64,000 nt of DNA from an uncultured Rhabdochlamydiaceae bacterium (GTDB taxonomy: Bacteria > Chlamydiota > Chlamydiia > Chlamydiales > Rhabdochlamydiaceae), in assembly GCA_963712275.1 (NCBI GenBank), contig CAVQHD010000001.1:1024001-1088000 (forward strand), written 5' to 3'. The notes beneath the pieces were generated by a model. The model was not told the DNA's origin. It saw only the letters and a list, made by a program, of their open reading frames with translations, and made no database searches. The first letter of the stretch is position 1; each line of letters begins with the position of its first letter. The translations under genes were made by a program, and so were the position numbers. Below, one piece after another: positions 59,301-64,000 of this stretch.

Positions 59301-59569
59301 CTTTCTTGATCGGGGCGATTCATTAAGCTGTAAGCGACTTGAACTCGAATTTTACTCTTTTTTTTGGGAGAGAGGGAGGCCCACTGATCTCGATAACGTT
59401 CATGGACAATCTGGTCGACTAAATGGTGGAGGCTGTCATAGGGACGTGCTTGTGCTGCAATCGGTTCTAGCAGGTAGGCATTTAGAGGTTTGACAGGGGC
59501 AAGGTGGAGGTTGTACGTCGGTTCACGATAAGAAGTCACTCCCTGATTGTTTGTATTATTTGTTGTCAT
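56393..59569 (-). CDS. Large putative phosphoinositide-phosphatase-like effector with TM hairpin
   Basis: HCKSSKDRT CX5R motif (58289-58315); downstream hydrophobic segments; low-complexity Asn/Thr N-terminus. Confidence 0.75.
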   Translation of the reverse strand: MTTNNTNNQGVTSYREPTYNLHLAPVKPLNAYLLEPIAAQARPYDSLHHLVDQIVHERYRDQWASLSPKKKSKIRVQVAYSLMNRPDQESSLDMKVPLAKSLGLYDIVMSRLKKIVGNANIDLAPLADFVFSDQGIHDGTLLYVCVFHVTKSPLLINLLFGAVMDMRKELQDLTKGKMTYIRPPQLADGKAYKDHNGNTIALTQTIPSSYDRDHPDVQNARLNLNQKGHVIYSAGRIESPRKAHQVINCLVDKTCSSGQLTKTDLIPQEDGTYLYPFVVENMVSAAPIAVSERKFLLQEKETLADLTGQIKVATLVDGSRVQLKLQPIYFSTQTNYNSYFPQWGGWSSTGADIAQELFHQGVNTLEAIFRNREASLPSSHKKAIEFCLNALKNDRPSARDQLILRAYICELLKIPYHAHCKSSKDRTAPIVAIKKAIHQWLTLEQWKGKKDVPQDPRLFFKDSAFRELSEAAFFENLPMTDQGVGFSGELGGKLYTQNRGYDYRHSLFEHTLPTSVLTSRNVYSPSLLQRIATGLALSIFSLVVTTLYVALFPIVLAILYVKYKEHAWEVWKYLFLTLLILPFRSGTRAKWLDRKSETMQERSFCKTNHPTQIAPSLQILFDKIETLDSSQKKALIRFVKSGEPTSLNDDQKKILQEIANNWVSLQMLYQSKGSLPSTMKQLLDAAKNSPVQLFKYLNHFNEETVWSMVEKSHFSWPSDNYADTLIRDGLEGDKDFQKTRDFRKDFPRTSYVIQGQNKSYDFPRLSDKTQFVPTLQKELSVFKTTEGIPFPVQEALAQFTSLSFLLGPIWDACSGDKPFNCSRTFTLQEGDDSFFWLKVDEEATISSLTFKYSYSFKITKKSETEWTTTLMAISPFQPKTAAIDDSLLQIVPSEDVLSNVREINFQAFMNNLQINLESAAKWTPDKGKHLIEAVQKRLEYHWTILSTKFDTFLADDTRTEVDGLLGNFVQQFNCAETDEGKTVIALTADSYIQFLEKTDPMFNVQDFLDVLEDENYAELKPLGQAIQKLRDYPSQNKQSKASTLASMYHGHGQSRSLL

Positions 59570-59685
59570 ATTATTAATAATTTTATTATAAAAATAATTA
59601 AATTGGAATAGCTATTTTTTTTGGCTTAATTTAGAAATACTCATTCTTAATGAGTTATATCGTTAAGAAAGAAAGGAACTTACAG

Positions 59686-60669
59686 ATGTCTATGAAAATC
59701 AGAAGGATAGCGGTTACAGGGGCTTCAGGTCAAATTGCCTATAGTCTTCTTTTCCAGCTTGCGGCTGGGGGGTTATTTGGGCCAGAGCAGCCGATCAGCC
59801 TTCACTTGCTGGAGGTACTCCAGGCGCTAGAGTCCCTCAAAGGGGTGGAGATGGAGCTTCAAGACTGTGCCTTTCCGCTCCTGCAAGAGGTTCGCTCTGG
59901 GAGCGATCCGCATGCGGTTTTTGAGGGGGTCGATACGGTATTTTTAGTGGGGGCCAAACCTCGAGGACCGGGCATGGAGCGGAAGGATTTGCTCACCGAA
60001 AATGGACACATTTTTGTGGGACAGGGGAAGGCACTTGGGGAGGTTGCAGCCCGAGAGGCGATGGTCCTTGTGGTTGGAAATCCGTGCAATACCAATTGCC
60101 TGATTGCTAAGAAGCATGCCGCTTCCAGAATTCATTTTTTCTCAATGACACGTCTCGACCAAAATCGGGCTGTCGCTATGCTTGCTAAAAAAGCGGCTGT
60201 TGGGGTGGCAGATGTGAGTCATCTGGTTGTTTGGGGAAACCACTCTTCTACGCAGGTTCCCGATTTTTTAAATGCAAAAATCAAGGGAAAACGAGTTGTT
60301 GAAGTGATTCGTGATAGGTCGTGGCTTGAGACGATCTTTATCTCCGACGTGCAAAAAAGGGGAGCAGTTGTGATTGCAGCTCGAGGAAAATCATCTGCTG
60401 CGTCTGCGGCCCAGGCGGCGCTAGGTGCGATGAAATCGCTCCAAACTCCAACACCCCCGGGAGAGTGGTTTTCGATGGGGCTATCATCTGATGACAATTC
60501 GTATGGCATTGCACCCGGCATTATCTTCTCATTTCCTTGCAGGTCTGACGGAAAAGGGCGCATTGAAATCGTCAAAAATCTGGAGTGGGATCCATTTTTA
60601 AAGCAAAAAATCAAGCTCACAGAACAAGAGCTTTTAGAAGAAAGAGCGTTGGTGGGGCATTTACTATGA
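59686..60669 (+). CDS. mdh: Malate dehydrogenase
   Basis: [36 protein letters not shown] and WGNHS motifs; AAAGGA RBS. Confidence 0.96.
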   Translation: MSMKIRRIAVTGASGQIAYSLLFQLAAGGLFGPEQPISLHLLEVLQALESLKGVEMELQDCAFPLLQEVRSGSDPHAVFEGVDTVFLVGAKPRGPGMERKDLLTENGHIFVGQGKALGEVAAREAMVLVVGNPCNTNCLIAKKHAASRIHFFSMTRLDQNRAVAMLAKKAAVGVADVSHLVVWGNHSSTQVPDFLNAKIKGKRVVEVIRDRSWLETIFISDVQKRGAVVIAARGKSSAASAAQAALGAMKSLQTPTPPGEWFSMGLSSDDNSYGIAPGIIFSFPCRSDGKGRIEIVKNLEWDPFLKQKIKLTEQELLEERALVGHLL

Positions 60670-61865
60670 AGGAAGAGGTATTATTTCAGATTACAAAAGA
60701 TCAACTCGACACTGGTTTAAGAGGGTTTCCTGTCGGGTACTGTCCGACATCGACGGTTGATCCCCAAAAAGGGCTTTTTTATATGGGGCGCTCGATCACA
60801 GAGCTTGCAAGTTGGACGCCGGAAGAGGTGATCTATCTCCTCATGCATGGGAAAGCGGGTAGCTTAAAGGAGGTTCAGTCGTATTTCGCAAAGCTTAGCA
60901 AGCATGGAGCTCTTAAAAAAGAGACCGTTCAAGCCATTGAAAAGCTTCCTAAGCAGGGTCATTCCATGAAGCTTTTTTCAGCGGCGCTTCTGATTGCTGG
61001 GATGTTTGAAGGGGAGGGAGATTACAGGGTGGATTGTGAAAGGTTAATTGTCAAAATACCCTCGATTGCTGCCGTTGTGATTAATCACCATGCAGGATGG
61101 GGAGCTACTCCTGTGTCAAAGCCTGAGCTTGGATATATGGAAAATTTTGTCGCTATGCTTAATATGCCGGCGAAAAACCAATCTCAACTTGGCGAGGCTC
61201 TTCGGCTGTTTAATGTGCTGCATTACGACCATGGAGGGGGAAATCTTTCGACTTTTGTAGGGAAAGCGGTTGCCTCTGGTCTTGAAGAGATGTACGGCTC
61301 GATCAGTGCGGCGATGTGCGCCCTTGCTGGGCCCAGGCATGGGAGGGCAAGCCAAGACTGCCTTGAGTTTTTGCGTGAGGTGGCTCAAGAGGTAGGAGAG
61401 CACGGAGCAGCTACGCATGTCGAAAAATTTATCCGAGACCGGCTTAAGACAAATCAGCTGGTTTTTGGGTTTGGGCATGCGGTGCTTCGTGTGGAAGATC
61501 CCCGAGCAACCATCTTGTTTAACTATCTTGAAAAGCATTACCCTTCCCACCCTTTGGTAAAAATTGCTCTTTTTCTCCGCTCAGAAGGATCAAAAGTTTT
61601 GGCGGAAAACCCCAAGGTTTCCGATCCCCATCCAAATATTGATGCGATCTCTGGAACGCTTCTTGTCGCAGCAGGCTTTGATTATCCAGAGTATTTCACC
61701 ATTCTTTTCGGCCTTTCAAGGATTGTGGGCATTGCCCGCCAGATTGTCTATGAAAGATTAGAGGCACGCGGAGGTAGAGGAACCCCCATTGTCCGTCCAA
61801 AATATCTCTATAATGGGCCCGCTAGGGCACAGGAGCCTAAGACAGCTTCTAAGACAAATATTTGA
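60666..61865 (+). CDS. gltA: Citrate synthase
   Basis: DHGGGN, LAGPRHG, GFGHAVLR and PNID motifs; ATGA overlap with mdh. Confidence 0.93.
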   Translation: MKEEVLFQITKDQLDTGLRGFPVGYCPTSTVDPQKGLFYMGRSITELASWTPEEVIYLLMHGKAGSLKEVQSYFAKLSKHGALKKETVQAIEKLPKQGHSMKLFSAALLIAGMFEGEGDYRVDCERLIVKIPSIAAVVINHHAGWGATPVSKPELGYMENFVAMLNMPAKNQSQLGEALRLFNVLHYDHGGGNLSTFVGKAVASGLEEMYGSISAAMCALAGPRHGRASQDCLEFLREVAQEVGEHGAATHVEKFIRDRLKTNQLVFGFGHAVLRVEDPRATILFNYLEKHYPSHPLVKIALFLRSEGSKVLAENPKVSDPHPNIDAISGTLLVAAGFDYPEYFTILFGLSRIVGIARQIVYERLEARGGRGTPIVRPKYLYNGPARAQEPKTASKTNI

Positions 61866-62053
61866 AACCTCTGCTCACTCGTGCTTATTTCCATTTCTTC
61901 ACCACCGAGGCACGGAGAGGGATGAGATTGCACAGAGGAAAATTTCTTTCTCTGTGCAATCTCATCCCTCTCCGTGCCTCGGTGGTGAAGAAATGGAAAT
62001 AAGCATGAGTTGACAAAAGTTTTCGAATATTTGTTCTAATTTTCTATGCCCTG
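61854..62053. mobile_element. Long hairpin element, copy 2 (inverted relative to copy 1)
   Basis: Perfect 56-bp arms 61882-61937 and 61950-62005; flank similarity to copy 1 extends to cagggcatag. Confidence 0.9.
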
Positions 62054-62109
62054 CTGGCTCTGCAACTGGTGCTTGAATTCAAACTTCTCTTTTGACACAC
62101 TTGTAACCG

Positions 62110-62925
62110 ATGTGGCAAGAATTTGAACTCGCATTTAATCGGGCTTTTTTACTCAGCGTGACGCGTAAGAAGGTCTTTTTCATCTTTCCGATTCTTCTCG
62201 CCTGCGGAATTATTGTCGTGCTCAGCCACACATTGTGGATTGGGGCTAATCCTTGGGTGCGAGCAAGCCTGGCGTTTGTTCCTGTGTTTCTTTGCATGGC
62301 CCTTTTTTTGGCAGCGGCAGTGCCTCTCATTCGCCTCTACCATGACGAGGTGAAGCAGAAACCGCTCTCTGTCAATAAAACCCTCAGAAATTCCTGGAGA
62401 CTGATGGCAAGCATCAGTTCGCTGATTGTTCCCATTTTAACAGCTGATTTGGTTCTGTGGTTTATCTTAGGAGTTTTCTATCTTCTTAGAACCATTCCTG
62501 CGATGAGTGAGCTTCTCAGTGGAGTTTTGTCTTTTGGCCCCTTTTTAGTCATTGCTGGATCGCTTCTTTTATGCCTGGTTTCTTTGGCTTTTCTCTTTTT
62601 TCTGACTCCTGTGGTGGCCCTCAAATCGGCAATGAGTTGGGAGCTTGCGGAGGAGGTTCTCAAAAAAATTGGACGGGAGCCGTTTTTACATGGATATTTA
62701 CTCCTTCTTGGGCTGCTTCCGATTGTGGTAGTCGTTGGTTTTTTGACCTTGTCGGCCACACTCACAGGGATGGCTTATTTTGTCACGGAAAGAACCTGGG
62801 CCATTGGGCTGCAGTGGTTTTTTATCATGATTCCATTTGCGGCGCTTCTTGCCCCCGTCGTTGTTTTTTTCTTTAACTTTGCTGCCGAAAGCTTTGTGAT
62901 CTTGCAGCGACGTTTGAAATCGTGA
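62110..62925 (+). CDS. Hypothetical polytopic membrane protein
   Basis: About 6 TM segments; overlaps next gene (GTGA). Confidence 0.8.
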   Translation: MWQEFELAFNRAFLLSVTRKKVFFIFPILLACGIIVVLSHTLWIGANPWVRASLAFVPVFLCMALFLAAAVPLIRLYHDEVKQKPLSVNKTLRNSWRLMASISSLIVPILTADLVLWFILGVFYLLRTIPAMSELLSGVLSFGPFLVIAGSLLLCLVSLAFLFFLTPVVALKSAMSWELAEEVLKKIGREPFLHGYLLLLGLLPIVVVVGFLTLSATLTGMAYFVTERTWAIGLQWFFIMIPFAALLAPVVVFFFNFAAESFVILQRRLKS

Positions 62926-63800
62926 AAACAGTAGCAGTTGTGGGGGCAGGTTTTGCTGGGCTTGCGGCAGCTTATTTTTTATCAAGCACTTTTCAGGTGA
63001 CTCTTTTTGATCAGAAGGGGATTGGAGGCGGGGCGTCGGGGATCTCATCAGGGCTTCTCCATCCTTATCCGGGTGAAAAGGGGCGCCGGAGCTGGCATGC
63101 AGATGAGGCAATGCAGTGGACGCGAACCTTGATTCATGAAGCCCAAGAGGCTTTAGGGCGGCCTGTTTGCATGGAAAATGGGATTTTACGTCTCGGTCCC
63201 TGCCTTAATCCGGGTTCAGATGTGGTTTCTTTAGGTCCCGAAAAATTCTTAATTACCTCAGGGATCACCGTGTTCCCTTCTCTTTACTTGGAGGGGCTTT
63301 GGAAAGTGTGTGCAAAAAAGGGTGTGCAGCTGGTGATTGAAAAGATCGACGACTCCTCCTCTTTAAAAGAGTATGATTGGATTGTTCTGGCAGCTGGGGC
63401 GGGGATTCGTTTTTTGAAGGAGCGAGAGACGCTTAAGGTTAATTATGTCAAAGGGCAGGTCTTGACTTGCGCTTTAAAAGAGCCTTTGGAGCGTAGTATC
63501 TCGGCAAAAATCTATCAGGCGATGACCCCGATTTCTTTTGAGTGCCATATTGGAGCAACGTATGAGCGAGAGGAGATCAATGAGACTGTGAATCTTGAAA
63601 AAGCGGTCGAGCTTTTAAAACCTGCCCTGCCGGTTTTAGATTGCAGGGCGGGGATACGGGTGACAAATCCTGCTCACTACTTTCCCATGCTAGAGCAGGT
63701 CGGCCCTCGTCACTTTGTGATGACAGCTTTTGGCTCGCGCGGCCTTCTCTATCACGGCCTGATGGGATATCGGTTAGATCAAAGGCTTTGCGGACTCTAA
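62922..63800 (+). CDS. FAD-dependent oxidoreductase (DAO/MnmC-oxidase-like)
   Basis: VVGAGFAG, GASGISSGLLHP, VKGQ and FGSRGL motifs. Confidence 0.88.
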   Translation: MKTVAVVGAGFAGLAAAYFLSSTFQVTLFDQKGIGGGASGISSGLLHPYPGEKGRRSWHADEAMQWTRTLIHEAQEALGRPVCMENGILRLGPCLNPGSDVVSLGPEKFLITSGITVFPSLYLEGLWKVCAKKGVQLVIEKIDDSSSLKEYDWIVLAAGAGIRFLKERETLKVNYVKGQVLTCALKEPLERSISAKIYQAMTPISFECHIGATYEREEINETVNLEKAVELLKPALPVLDCRAGIRVTNPAHYFPMLEQVGPRHFVMTAFGSRGLLYHGLMGYRLDQRLCGL

Positions 63801-64000
63801 AATTTCAGTTAGCCAAATCTTATTAGAATCTGGAAAGCCCGCTGTTAAATTTTTCATAATCGTGGAAACAGCCTCTTTTTCCAGTCCAGCTTCGCAAAGA
63901 AATGTGTTCCACTTTTTGATGAGGTCATTCATAAACACTGAATCATCATCTTCTTCGATAAAGTCAATTAAAACCACCGTTCCACCTTCACGAACGCGAA
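63774..64000 (-). CDS. C-terminal part of a protein, possibly class I SAM-dependent methyltransferase (5' end beyond window)
   Basis: Frame open to the window end; RVREGGTVVLIDF resembles the methyltransferase motif III region. Confidence 0.5.
   Translation of the reverse strand, partial: RVREGGTVVLIDFIEEDDDSVFMNDLIKKWNTFLCEAGLEKEAVSTIMKNLTAGFPDSNKIWLTEILESAKPLI

Noticed and set aside
61789..62013. 74-aa ORF across hairpin copy 2
   Set aside because: Open frame through a palindrome, overlapping gltA, with no RBS or other support

Overview
Gene-dense chromosomal segment of an environmental member of the Chlamydiota. This is inferred from Chlamydia-like gene order (fabH-fabD-fabG-acpP, trxB/acpS, ssb-pepA, spoIID-ruvB/dcd) and many effector-like orphans. 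Housekeeping content: fatty acid synthesis, potABCD, trxB, rlmH, lgt, ridA, rlmN, dacB, mdh, citrate synthase, an alpha2-type GlyRS, tRNA-Ala, tRNA-Ile and the SRP RNA. Accessory content: a Gly-rich autotransporter (truncated, missed by the ORF track), two inverse-autotransporter-like proteins, a two-partner secretion pair, an F-box/LRR protein, a CX5R phosphoinositide-phosphatase-like protein, Inc-like proteins, two HTH-Fic genes with operator-like repeat arrays, and a collapsed vapBC relic. The most striking structure is a set of palindromic DNA elements. One 192-bp palindrome is inserted in frame in fabD (+64 aa). Two copies of a long hairpin differ by compensatory changes. Two ~50-bp mini-palindromes supply stop codons and terminal residues to genes, and another supplies the 5' end of the TpsB ORF. 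No transposase, CRISPR array or rRNA is visible. All calls are by motif reading; no database searches were run.
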